From a virus (taxonomy: Duplodnaviria > Heunggongvirae > Uroviricota > Caudoviricetes): a DNA stretch of 47,312 bases. A program made the translations under genes and the position numbers. Location: IMG/VR virus record IMGVR_UViG_3300017971_000186; one strand, 5' to 3'. Below the pieces are notes generated by a model. The model made no database searches. It worked only from the letters and a program-made list of their open reading frames with translations, and had not been told where the DNA came from. Of the stretch, positions 25,513 to 34,332 are shown one piece after another (within the stretch, counting starts at the first letter, position 1; each line of letters begins with the position of its first letter).

Positions 25513-25818
25513 ATGTCTATAAATACACTGACAAAATTCGAAATTCAAAAAATACTTGTAATTTCTACAGCACATATAACTTTGAAAGATAATAAGCATT
25601 TGGAATATGATGCTATCTTTCCAGATAAAGCTAAATTAATTGTCGATAAATTCAATTACGGATATTATATCTGTGTCTCTAATAATCCCATTAAAAATGA
25701 ATTCTATTCCGATGCTGTTTGGAATCTAATCCAATTGGCCAAGGATCAGGGATGCCAATATTTAAAATTGGATCGTGATGGTCAAATCTATAATGAACTT
25801 GAAAAATTTGATTGGTAG
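25513..25818 (+). CDS. DUF5983-like protein (tentative)
   Basis: LVISTAHIT...YGYY...AKDQGCQYLKLDRDG...FDW pattern; GGAGG SD. Confidence 0.6.
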   Translation: MSINTLTKFEIQKILVISTAHITLKDNKHLEYDAIFPDKAKLIVDKFNYGYYICVSNNPIKNEFYSDAVWNLIQLAKDQGCQYLKLDRDGQIYNELEKFDW

Positions 25819-25830
25819 GAGGAGGTTCTG

Positions 25831-26169
25831 ATGATTTTCAGATATAATAAATATCCAAAAGAAAAATTATTAAATTATGTAGATGCTTTTTATATAAAAT
25901 CTTTTGAATGCTGTTGTCCCGATATGGCTTTCCATATTTTTGCCAAATATTTTCTCCATTATGTTGGAACAAATATAGAAGATCATGGAGGAGATTGGCC
26001 TATTAAAATTCATGTAGATAGTTCTCCAAGAGAAGCATTGGATTTACTTTTCTGCCCTCATTGTGGTGAAAGAGTAATTCTCTATCTTGAAGATTTTAAA
26101 TGTGAAACTTGGGAACAATGGGAAGATGCTATAAAAAAAGTTTTTAAAAAAGAAAAGAAAAAAAAATAA
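25831..26169 (+). CDS. Hypothetical protein with Cys motifs
   Basis: 112 aa, GGAGGAGG SD. Confidence 0.7.
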   Translation: MIFRYNKYPKEKLLNYVDAFYIKSFECCCPDMAFHIFAKYFLHYVGTNIEDHGGDWPIKIHVDSSPREALDLLFCPHCGERVILYLEDFKCETWEQWEDAIKKVFKKEKKKK

Positions 26170-26178
26170 GATATAGTT

Positions 26179-26490
26179 ATGGCAAAGATATATTATGCAA
26201 AAAATTTAAGAGATCTAGGTATGGGCTGGAGGTTCATAGAGAAAAATTTACCTGAATTGATGTTAAAACTTGAAACCTTGGACTTCTCTGAGACACATGT
26301 TCTCTTAACCGAAGAACCTGAGAATGACCTGGAAAAAATCTTTATAAAATATCAGGATAATAATGAAATAGGTGCACTTGTTAAAGAGAATAAAGATTTA
26401 CACCATACTTCAATGAGTGTAGGTGACATCGTTGCTAATGAAAGCGGTACTTATTATTGCGATAATGATGGTTGGGTAAAACTTAATTAA
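26179..26490 (+). CDS. YodL-like domain protein
   Basis: HTSMSVGDIV...YYCDNDGW matches the YodL signature. Confidence 0.65.
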   Translation: MAKIYYAKNLRDLGMGWRFIEKNLPELMLKLETLDFSETHVLLTEEPENDLEKIFIKYQDNNEIGALVKENKDLHHTSMSVGDIVANESGTYYCDNDGWVKLN

Positions 26491-26504
26491 AAGGAAATAT
26501 AACT

Positions 26505-26774
26505 ATGAGTAATAAAAATTTAGCAGTGCGTTATACTGTCCGATGTGGTGAGTATGAATTTAATGGAACCACTATCCTTACTGGAAATCAAAATGATGCT
26601 GATGAAGATATTGTTCATGATAATTTCATCACTTTTTATGATGACGTGGATGAGGATGATATGGAAAAAGCTTCCAGTTATCTCTATTGTGCTGGTGAAG
26701 TTGGTATCAAAAAGATCAATTGGATAGAGATCACTGAAGAGGAAAAAGCTGTTCTTAATAAAGTGGGAATATAA
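26505..26774 (+). CDS. Acidic hypothetical protein
   Basis: 89 aa, AAGGA SD. Confidence 0.7.
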   Translation: MSNKNLAVRYTVRCGEYEFNGTTILTGNQNDADEDIVHDNFITFYDDVDEDDMEKASSYLYCAGEVGIKKINWIEITEEEKAVLNKVGI

Positions 26775-26791
26775 ATACCAAGGAGCAATAA

Positions 26792-26944
26792 ATGGATGCA
26801 AAAACTTTAGTTGATGAAGGAGTATGTGTCTCTTTTTCAGAAGCAAGGAGATTGTTATCACAGGTTCCCAAATCAAAGATAAAAGAAATGATTGAGAAGA
26901 AACGTTCGGAGAAAGAAAAGAAAACCTTAACGGATAAGGAATAG
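26792..26944 (+). CDS. Small basic protein with S4-like N-terminal motif (50 aa)
   Basis: Read manually: LVDEGVCVSFSEARRLLSQ; AAGGAG SD. Confidence 0.55.
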   Translation: MDAKTLVDEGVCVSFSEARRLLSQVPKSKIKEMIEKKRSEKEKKTLTDKE

Positions 26945-26946
26945 TT

Positions 26947-27159
26947 ATGAGTGAAATGAAACTGACAATACATAAAAATAATCTGAATAATGATAAGGGC
27001 AATGGTGGTCTTGAGATTAACATCCCCGGATGTAAAGGAAACCCTACCGATGCTGACGGTAATGGACAGATCTTTATTGAGCATATTCAAGGAAAAGTTT
27101 TAGTCCATGTATGGAATGATAAAGAAGATCCTAAAACCTTAACAATTGATGAGGAATAA
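26947..27159 (+). CDS. Hypothetical protein
   Basis: 70 aa, AAGGA SD. Confidence 0.7.
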   Translation: MSEMKLTIHKNNLNNDKGNGGLEINIPGCKGNPTDADGNGQIFIEHIQGKVLVHVWNDKEDPKTLTIDEE

Positions 27160-27160
27160 A

Positions 27161-27526
27161 ATGAATCCTTTATTAAAACAAATTCAAAATATTTTAGATG
27201 AAATGGCTGATTGTGATGAATGCATGCTCAATGATCATCACATGTATCATCTTCGAGCAATTGAAAATATCCTATCTGAATTAAAAAGAAAGAGACAAAT
27301 TGTCATCATTCTTGATGGTGGTTTGGTTGAACAAATTTTTACTGAAGATGATTCTGAAGTATTGATCATCGATAAAGATGTCGATAGTGCCGATGACGAA
27401 GAGATCCAGAAATTCAATACTAAATCTACTGGTGACTTCGAAGGGACTGCCAGGATCGCTAATCTTGAGAATGAAGTTGTAATAGGAGGAGAAGCCAAAG
27501 AATTATTTGATGAATTTCACCAATAA
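27161..27526 (+). CDS. Acidic hypothetical protein (IILDGGLVEQI)
   Basis: ORF track 27146..27526; ATG 27161 after GAGG. Confidence 0.7.
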   Translation: MNPLLKQIQNILDEMADCDECMLNDHHMYHLRAIENILSELKRKRQIVIILDGGLVEQIFTEDDSEVLIIDKDVDSADDEEIQKFNTKSTGDFEGTARIANLENEVVIGGEAKELFDEFHQ

Positions 27527-27841
27527 AAGGTATTAGATATGAATGAGCTTTCCCTTGTGACCGAGATTGAATTTCAAGAATTTATGAAAGATAAGACATT
27601 CAATATTAATAATATTAGGAATGCAACTCAATTCTTTGTCAAAGGAGATATTATAGCAATAGCTTTCTTTGATAATGAAACCCCAAAAAATTCAAAGTTC
27701 TATCTTTTAAAGGAGTAAAATGTTATGAAATCACCCGATATCTGCCTCATTCTTCTTGCTATTTTTCTTATAGCATTTGCCATTACGCCTTTCGTATGTA
27801 TGTAAAAATCATATAATTAAATGTATTCTAAAAGATTCATA

Positions 27842-27870
27842 TTGAATCTTTATCTGAGATCTCTTATAAT
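27842..27870 (+). promoter_or_regulatory. sigma70-type promoter TTGAAT-N17-TATAAT with GAGATCTC in the spacer
   Basis: Direct reading; near-identical to 19887. Confidence 0.8.
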
Positions 27871-27886
27871 AATTAAGGAGGATATA

Positions 27887-28087
27887 ATGCCTCAATACCT
27901 GAGATTAAAGAACCAAGATATAATGGAAACAGAAGCTATGAATAAATTTAAATTGATGCTCTTATTAACCAGGAAAGTAAAAGCCGGATACTTCAAGAAT
28001 AAAAATGAATTAGAAACCTGGATGATCGATAATAAATTTTCCTTTATGGAAAGGGCACAATTAAAATGGATGGAGTATGCCATTTAA
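27887..28087 (+). CDS. Hypothetical protein
   Basis: ATG 27887 after AAGGAGG; ORF track 27821..28087. Confidence 0.7.
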   Translation: MPQYLRLKNQDIMETEAMNKFKLMLLLTRKVKAGYFKNKNELETWMIDNKFSFMERAQLKWMEYAI

Positions 28088-28101
28088 CCAGGAGGAAGGA
28101 T

Positions 28102-28269
28102 ATGATTGAAATTGGAATAAAATATCGAAGCACATTAGACAATGATATTGTTGTTGTCGTTGCTATTGAACCTCCCGTCATTGAACGGGAAGGTGATATA
28201 GTTGTATTAGACAATGGAAAAAAATGGGATGAAGCATCATTCTTAAATTACCATGTAAAGTGCGATTAA
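28102..28269 (+). CDS. Small hypothetical protein
   Basis: ATG 28102 after GGAGG/AAGGA; ORF track 28066..28269. Confidence 0.65.
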   Translation: MIEIGIKYRSTLDNDIVVVVAIEPPVIEREGDIVVLDNGKKWDEASFLNYHVKCD

Positions 28270-28314
28270 TAATAATGAGGATAATAATGAGGATAATAAT
28301 GAGGATAATAATGA
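28269..28314 (+). repeat. 12-bp tandem repeat ATAATAATGAGG x3.8
   Basis: Units at 28269, 28281 and 28293, partial at 28305. Confidence 0.95.
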
Positions 28315-28505
28315 AAATAAATGAAAAAGATTTTATGGCTAAACGTCGAAGAAAAGAATTGCCAAGAAAGATCGGGAGAATCATTCTCTTTATTTTTCTT
28401 GTGGCAATAGGAGGAATAGCAATTTTTAAATTTAACCCAGCACAATATTTCTCTAAAGGATTCAATTCACATATTTCTTTAGAAGGTACAATAAATGAAA
28501 AATAA
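28275..28505 (+). CDS. Single-TM membrane protein with repeat-encoded N-terminus (MRII)n
   Basis: In-frame ATGs at 28275, 28287, 28299 and 28311; hydrophobic IILFIFLVAIGGIAIF. Confidence 0.65.
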   Translation: MRIIMRIIMRIIMKINEKDFMAKRRRKELPRKIGRIILFIFLVAIGGIAIFKFNPAQYFSKGFNSHISLEGTINEK

Positions 28506-29070
28506 TATTCAAGAAACAGCAATTAATAAATTTGGAGAGTTATTTACAAAAGGTATTGGATATCTTTTAAAAGCATGTAAGCTATATGTTAAAACAATAG
28601 ATGACAATCCAGATGCAATATACGATTTTCAAGAAGCCTATCCTGATATTTCCTCTACTGCATGGCGCAGGTTTGAATCTGTAGGAAGAGGTTCTCTTCA
28701 TGTAAAACTCCTCACTAATCTTACAACAGGGGCAAAGAAACTTGGAAAATGTTCTTTTGCAGAACAATCTAAATATGTAGAAGAACCTCTAGATGTTTTA
28801 TTACCAAATAATGATGTGTTGAAAGTAAGTATACATAATCTTCAACCAGATCAAGTAAAACAAGTTTTTGCTTCTGACCATATTCGTAATCGATCAGAAC
28901 AAAGAGCTTATATTGAATCCCTTAAAACTACCAAAGCTATTGAAACTTCACAAAAAGAATCAGCAGATATTTCTCTCCCTTATCAAATAAAAAGGGGAAA
29001 ACTTATAGTAGGTAATGTCACTTTCACTAAAAGTGACTTGGTGAGAATTTTGGTACAATTGGAGAAATGA
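28495..29070 (+). CDS. Hypothetical protein
   Basis: 191-aa ORF. Confidence 0.75.
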   Translation: MKNNIQETAINKFGELFTKGIGYLLKACKLYVKTIDDNPDAIYDFQEAYPDISSTAWRRFESVGRGSLHVKLLTNLTTGAKKLGKCSFAEQSKYVEEPLDVLLPNNDVLKVSIHNLQPDQVKQVFASDHIRNRSEQRAYIESLKTTKAIETSQKESADISLPYQIKRGKLIVGNVTFTKSDLVRILVQLEK

Positions 29071-29891
29071 TGGATTATGATGAAATTTTAGATGCCTTCA
29101 ATTGCTTTCATGCTAATAGGTATATCTTTCATGTATGGGATATGGAACAGCTTTATGAAGGATTTAAAACACTCTCAAATTATAACATATTTTTTGAAGA
29201 TATACATGTAAGTCTTGCTAAAAAAGACCCAGAATTATTAGTTGAAAAAGCCTGGGTATCTTTTTTAGAATATAATAAAGAGGCTATAGATTTATATTAT
29301 ACAGGTATCCCTACAAGACCTTATGACAAAGACAAAACAATTAATGAGAGAAAAGAATATAGACAGATTTATCATAATCCCGAGCGTCTAAAAACATTAT
29401 TTTTAAATAAACCTAGACTTGGATTTTGTAAAAATTGTGGAAATCTACGAATACATTTTATAGGTTTATGTAAAAAACCTTGTAGACATTGTAAAGGTAA
29501 TCGAATAAATAGACATAAAGATAAACAATTCTTTTCAAACCTTTCTCTTCTTCAACCAAAACTGAAAGATATTAAACCACCATCAGGTTATCAGTCTATT
29601 GATGAATGGGCTAAATCCGTTGGGATAACAAAACAAAAAGCTTCTTATTTGATTAATAGAGGTAGAGTACTTTTACTATGCAAAGGAAGAAATTTATTTA
29701 TAAAGAAAGGAGAGCCATTACCATCTCAAAAATATAAAACTATAGAAAATCAATTAATAAAAGAATTACTGAAAACAATTACTTCAATGGCTCAAGAAAA
29801 TCCGAGTACACAATTCTATTATAATCCTCATGAAATAAAGGATCTTATCCTTTATAAAAAAGATACTTCAAACCAGGAGAAAAATAAATAG
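29067..29891 (+). CDS. Hypothetical protein with Cys cluster and possible excisionase-like HTH
   Basis: CKNC...CRHC; SIDEWAKSVGITKQKASYLINRGR. Confidence 0.7.
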   Translation: MMDYDEILDAFNCFHANRYIFHVWDMEQLYEGFKTLSNYNIFFEDIHVSLAKKDPELLVEKAWVSFLEYNKEAIDLYYTGIPTRPYDKDKTINERKEYRQIYHNPERLKTLFLNKPRLGFCKNCGNLRIHFIGLCKKPCRHCKGNRINRHKDKQFFSNLSLLQPKLKDIKPPSGYQSIDEWAKSVGITKQKASYLINRGRVLLLCKGRNLFIKKGEPLPSQKYKTIENQLIKELLKTITSMAQENPSTQFYYNPHEIKDLILYKKDTSNQEKNK

Positions 29892-30800
29892 ATGGAACTT
29901 ACGGTCTTAAGTTACGGGGGCGGACAAGACAGCACCACTTTACTTTACAAGTACGCCCTCGATAACAATTTCAGAAAAAAATATGCACCAGGACGGCTTT
30001 TGGTGATCATGGCCGATACTGGTGATGAGCATCCCCATACCTATAAACATATACAATTTATAAAGGAATTCTGTTCTCAAAATGTAGTAGAATTTGTTCA
30101 TCTTACAAACGACATGGGATTCCACTCTCCCGACTGGCAAACATTAAGATTTTTCTATAAAACAAAAAATAGAATTGGAAGCAAATGTTTTCCCAAAACT
30201 TGTACCGAAAGACTTAAATTGAGACCTATATATAAATATCTCGAATACTGGATTCAAAAAGAATATGGATTTAAATCAGGAAGAAAGAAAGGATTGAAAC
30301 AATTTGCTGAAACATATGATAAAATCAATATGCTTATCGGTATTGCCAAAGGAGAAGAAAAACGTGTTAACAAGGGTGAGCGCCCAAAATGGCAGGAGAA
30401 AGCCATAGAGGTTATCTATCCACTCATAGAGATGGGAATGGATAGAAAGGATTGCCAGGATTACATGGCCTCTACGGGCTTGCATGTGCCTTATCCATCG
30501 AACTGTTTATTATGTCCTTTCATGAGTGAGATCGAACTTTTATGGTTGTACAGATTTTATCGTGAGGACTATGAGGAATGGGAGCTACTGGAACGAAATA
30601 AAATCAGAGCCAATGCTCTTGAAGGAGACCCTACCAAATCCAAAAATTCAAGAGGAGAGATTGTCCCGAACATGGGAGTTTGGGGTGAAAAGTTATTACC
30701 TCAGATTTTAGAAGAAACGATCAAGAAACATGGACATATGTCCAATGATGAATTAAATGAATACAAATTTAATCATGGATGTAATCAGTCGAAGTATTGA
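29892..30800 (+). CDS. Phosphoadenosine phosphosulfate (PAPS) reductase-family protein
   Basis: PP-loop SYGGGQDS, ADTG.E, CT..LK, IGIA..E..R, YPL and SNCLLCPF. Confidence 0.8.
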   Translation: MELTVLSYGGGQDSTTLLYKYALDNNFRKKYAPGRLLVIMADTGDEHPHTYKHIQFIKEFCSQNVVEFVHLTNDMGFHSPDWQTLRFFYKTKNRIGSKCFPKTCTERLKLRPIYKYLEYWIQKEYGFKSGRKKGLKQFAETYDKINMLIGIAKGEEKRVNKGERPKWQEKAIEVIYPLIEMGMDRKDCQDYMASTGLHVPYPSNCLLCPFMSEIELLWLYRFYREDYEEWELLERNKIRANALEGDPTKSKNSRGEIVPNMGVWGEKLLPQILEETIKKHGHMSNDELNEYKFNHGCNQSKY

Positions 30801-30860
30801 TGTGTATGATTATGATGGGAACCCCGGTGTTGCCAAGGAAAATTGAAGAAATAAATATAT

Positions 30861-30922
30861 AATTGTGGTGGGACAACCCCGGAAAAGCCGGGGAGAAATG
30901 AGATGATGGGAGCCACCCCATT
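30861..30922 (+). ncRNA. Candidate structured RNA element, copy 2
   Basis: CCCCGG-AAAAG-CCGGGG (30877-93) and CCACCCCATT (30913-22), as at 6105-6135. Confidence 0.45.
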
Positions 30923-31001
30923 TAAATTGAGAAAAATAATATAAATTTATGGTATAATTAAAGTCAAGTACAATATTTCCAAGTAGATAGGAGAAAAAAT
31001 C

Positions 31002-31244
31002 ATGAAACAAAAAGTCTTTTTACTTATCTTATGTCTCGCTTTTGTAGCACAGATATATGCTTCAAGAACCTGGTCAACGACTCCCGCAGAAGATGCGGAG
31101 TATATGTTAAAAACTTTTAAGATTCTAGGTCCACTGATTGTAATGGTCGGAGCACCTCTCATCTTAACAATTATTATTGTTAGTGCAATTCAAATACTTA
31201 AACACGGTGGAACGCTTGTCGCTGATATTTTTAAAAGGGAGTAA
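31002..31244 (+). CDS. Small membrane protein (signal peptide plus TM helix)
   Basis: Two hydrophobic stretches; AGGAG SD. Confidence 0.7.
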   Translation: MKQKVFLLILCLAFVAQIYASRTWSTTPAEDAEYMLKTFKILGPLIVMVGAPLILTIIIVSAIQILKHGGTLVADIFKRE

Positions 31245-31247
31245 TTT

Positions 31248-31550
31248 ATGACAAAGAAAATAACTGAAATAATATTTCCTGAACGCAAAGCAGGTGTACG
31301 GAATATGCAATGTTTAAATGATTACGATGAGATCATTCTCTTTCCACTTAACGAGAATGATCTTCTTGTTTTCAATAAGATTGGTCAATTGATTGCCATT
31401 GCATCTGAAAATTTTAAACAAGTATTTTACTTTACAGATAAACATTTAATTGAAAAATATTTTGTTGATTACAAGAAAAAAGAAACACATTATAAAGGTA
31501 TCGTTCTTAGTACTTGGGATCACAAATACATTTTCGGAGAGGATTTTTAA
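31248..31550 (+). CDS. Hypothetical protein
   Basis: 100 aa, GGGAG SD. Confidence 0.7.
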   Translation: MTKKITEIIFPERKAGVRNMQCLNDYDEIILFPLNENDLLVFNKIGQLIAIASENFKQVFYFTDKHLIEKYFVDYKKKETHYKGIVLSTWDHKYIFGEDF

Positions 31551-31551
31551 T

Positions 31552-31755
31552 ATGAAAGCTATATGTCCCAATAACCCGGATCATAAAACATTTGAAACTG
31601 TTGCCCATGTCTCCCAGGACTGGAAAGTAGATGAAACAGGTAATTTTCTTGAAGTTGTCGATGAATCAGTTGAGACCGTTGCATTCCCTAATCCAGATAA
31701 CACTTGGACATGCTGTACCTGCGGAGCTGAAGCCACTGTCACTGTAGAAGATTAA
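31552..31755 (+). CDS. Small zinc-ribbon-like protein
   Basis: ATG 31552 after GAGG; ICPNNPDH...WTCCTCG. Confidence 0.7.
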   Translation: MKAICPNNPDHKTFETVAHVSQDWKVDETGNFLEVVDESVETVAFPNPDNTWTCCTCGAEATVTVED

Positions 31756-31774
31756 TCAATAAAGGATAAAAATT

Positions 31775-32122
31775 TTGCCTAATTTACCTGAATGTATGTT
31801 CAAATTATTTGATGTAAATACAGAGAGTTTTATTCAATTTATAAAATCAGAATTATCCGAAAATAACTCATTATCTGAGGAAGAAATTTTTAATACAATA
31901 AATAAAGATTCTTCAGAAGAACCAGAAATTAAAACCGAGAAATTATCCCTTATCTTTTCTAATCCAGGATATTGTGATGAGGAAAATATTTCAATAAAAA
32001 GATTTTTTATAACAGGATCAATTCCAGATATTGAAAATGCTGTAGAGAAAATCAAATTACTTAAAGATATTGATTATTCATATATCACATATACTTGGAA
32101 AAAAGAAATGGAAAAATCGTAA
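31775..32122 (+). CDS. Hypothetical protein
   Basis: 115 aa, TTG start after AAGGA. Confidence 0.6.
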   Translation: MPNLPECMFKLFDVNTESFIQFIKSELSENNSLSEEEIFNTINKDSSEEPEIKTEKLSLIFSNPGYCDEENISIKRFFITGSIPDIENAVEKIKLLKDIDYSYITYTWKKEMEKS

Positions 32123-32166
32123 ATAAAAAAATCAATATCGCACATAACCATTAAAAAGGATTCAAT

Positions 32167-33234
32167 ATGGATTATTTAATTACAGGCGTTACAGGTCTAT
32201 TAGGTAGTCATATCTTTTTTGAATTGCTTGAAAAAATTATTAGATATAATTCATCATCTAAACTTTTTTTATTAATTAGACCTTTTAATAATATGACTCC
32301 TATAGAAAGAGGCATAAATATTTTTGCTCCAGAAAATATTCCAGAATTCATAAAGAAATATTCAATAAATATACTTAAAGAAAGGTTTCAAATTATCCCA
32401 TGTCATTTAAATTGTAAAGAATTATTTCATATAATTTCTAATATTGATACTAAGAAATTGACAGTAATACATTGTGCCGCTTCAACAAATTTAATGACAG
32501 ATAAAGCTACAGAACAAGAACTTTTATTAAATAATAATTTGGGAACTATAAATTTGATAAATAATATCGATAGTAAAAAACTTTATAAATTTATTTATAT
32601 AAGTACAGCATTTGTAAATAGAATTAAAAATATTTATAGAAATCCCTATGAAGAAACTAAATCAACTATGGAAACATATATATCAAGTTATTGTAAAAAA
32701 TATAATATTCATTATCAGATATTACGACCTTCAGTTATCTGTGGTCGTTTAATTGATTTCCCTTTATATATTACTTTAAAATTTGATGTATTCTATGGTT
32801 GGGCATACTTTTTTTATAGATATAAAATGGATATGCCAATTAGAATCCACATTAATTTAAATGAAACTCTTAATATTGTTCCTGTAGATTATGTTGCTAA
32901 AATCATATGTAAATCTATCAATGAAGATTTTACAGAACTTAATATAATAAACCCAAATCCTCCATTACATAAAGAATACTTTTCCGTTATTTTAAATATG
33001 CTAAATGTAAAGGAATTTGAATTTGTTGATAAATTTCCAAATAATTTAAATAAATTTGAAAAATTATATTACAGAACTGTAGGTAAAACTTTCGCTCCTT
33101 ATATTACTGTAGATAATCAAAAATATAATTCTAATTTATCCCATGAAATATTTAATTCAATTCAATATCCAGATGTTTTGGAACATTTCTCTGGATTGAT
33201 TAAATATGCCATAGATAAAGAATTTAAACCATAA
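32167..33234 (+). CDS. Extended SDR / NAD-dependent epimerase (male-sterility/thioester-reductase-like)
   Basis: ITGVTGLLGS Rossmann motif, IHCAA, YISTAFV, YEETK (YxxxK) and RPSVICG. Confidence 0.85.
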   Translation: MDYLITGVTGLLGSHIFFELLEKIIRYNSSSKLFLLIRPFNNMTPIERGINIFAPENIPEFIKKYSINILKERFQIIPCHLNCKELFHIISNIDTKKLTVIHCAASTNLMTDKATEQELLLNNNLGTINLINNIDSKKLYKFIYISTAFVNRIKNIYRNPYEETKSTMETYISSYCKKYNIHYQILRPSVICGRLIDFPLYITLKFDVFYGWAYFFYRYKMDMPIRIHINLNETLNIVPVDYVAKIICKSINEDFTELNIINPNPPLHKEYFSVILNMLNVKEFEFVDKFPNNLNKFEKLYYRTVGKTFAPYITVDNQKYNSNLSHEIFNSIQYPDVLEHFSGLIKYAIDKEFKP

Positions 33235-33254
33235 AAATGAAAGGATGGTAATAG

Positions 33255-33578
33255 ATGTTTCAATTATGTCTATGTATCGAAGCTCCTATGGCCAGGAATG
33301 GATTGGAAGGTTATTCTTTAGGAGAACATTATTTCTGTGAATATAAAGAGAAAGATAAAAATGGTAGACCATATTACCAAGTTTATCCTGATTATGGTAA
33401 TAGTGGTTACTATGAGACATGTGGTACTGGAATTTTCAAAAAGTTTTTTAAAATTATTGAAACTGTACCACCAATTGAAGAGAGCGATTCAGTTATTGAC
33501 TGGTTAAAGAAAATGGAAAGACAATGTCCTAAAATGGACAAAATCTATTATGAGATGGCTACAAAATTAATTCAATAA
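33255..33578 (+). CDS. Hypothetical protein
   Basis: 107 aa, AAGGA SD. Confidence 0.7.
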   Translation: MFQLCLCIEAPMARNGLEGYSLGEHYFCEYKEKDKNGRPYYQVYPDYGNSGYYETCGTGIFKKFFKIIETVPPIEESDSVIDWLKKMERQCPKMDKIYYEMATKLIQ

Positions 33579-33627
33579 TTTAAATTTGTAAATTAAATAT
33601 TTATTCACAATTTTCAAAGGAATTATA

Positions 33628-34134
33628 ATGACAACCAAATTAGATTCAAAAGTAAAGAAAAAACGTTTTAAAGAACGTATTCAAAAAGAAGATAAAAAGA
33701 AAAAAGTTATTCTTTTAGCCCTTTTAAATCAATATGGTAACGGTAAGAAAGTTGCAGAAGCACTGGGTAAATCCCCCCAAACTATTTATGAACAAATGAA
33801 ACGTTTAGGAATTGATAACGATTATGGTTACCTGGAAGGAGAACCAAAAGATCCTGAGAAAAGAAAAGAATGGTTTGAGAATATTCTGAAAAAGAATAAA
33901 TATAACATTCAAAATACTGCAAAAGCATTAAAGACCAGTGTGTCTTCAGTCCGTGCTCGAATCAAGAAATTAGGGATACATGTAAATGTCACAGATGAAC
34001 AAGAAAAAGTTATCATTGAAGCTTTATTTCATCAATTTAAAACTGCTGGAAAAGTTGCGACTGCATTATCGATTAATGAAAAAACACTTAAAACAAAAAT
34101 GAATCTATTAAAAATCAAAAACAATAAAAAATAA
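33628..34134 (+). CDS. Protein with three tandem Fis-type helix-turn-helix repeats
   Basis: GNGKKVAEALGKSPQTIYEQMKRLGI; YNIQNTAKALKTSVSSVRARIKKLGI; KTAGKVATALSINEKTLKTKMNLLKI. Confidence 0.75.
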   Translation: MTTKLDSKVKKKRFKERIQKEDKKKKVILLALLNQYGNGKKVAEALGKSPQTIYEQMKRLGIDNDYGYLEGEPKDPEKRKEWFENILKKNKYNIQNTAKALKTSVSSVRARIKKLGIHVNVTDEQEKVIIEALFHQFKTAGKVATALSINEKTLKTKMNLLKIKNNKK

Positions 34135-34171
34135 TTATCCATTCCATGTTACTTTATATTCAAAATTTTTC

Positions 34172-34200
34172 TTGTAAATTCCTTCCCATAAAAATATAAT
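34172..34200 (+). promoter_or_regulatory. sigma70-type promoter TTGTAA-N17-TATAAT
   Basis: Direct reading. Confidence 0.6.
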
Positions 34201-34218
34201 GAAATATAAACAATACTT

Positions 34219-34289
34219 TACTCCACTGATGATTAATGATGACTTCAAGGGCACTGGCTACTTCCTGGTGCCCTTGACATTTAGGAGTA
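34219..34289 (+). ncRNA. Candidate small RNA or leader between tandem promoters
   Basis: TACTCC/GGAGTA closing stem around a perfect 10-bp stem 34245-54/34268-77. Confidence 0.35.
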
Positions 34290-34332
34290 CCTACCAATAA
34301 CTTTCTCACAAGTAAATGCTAAAACTTTAATC

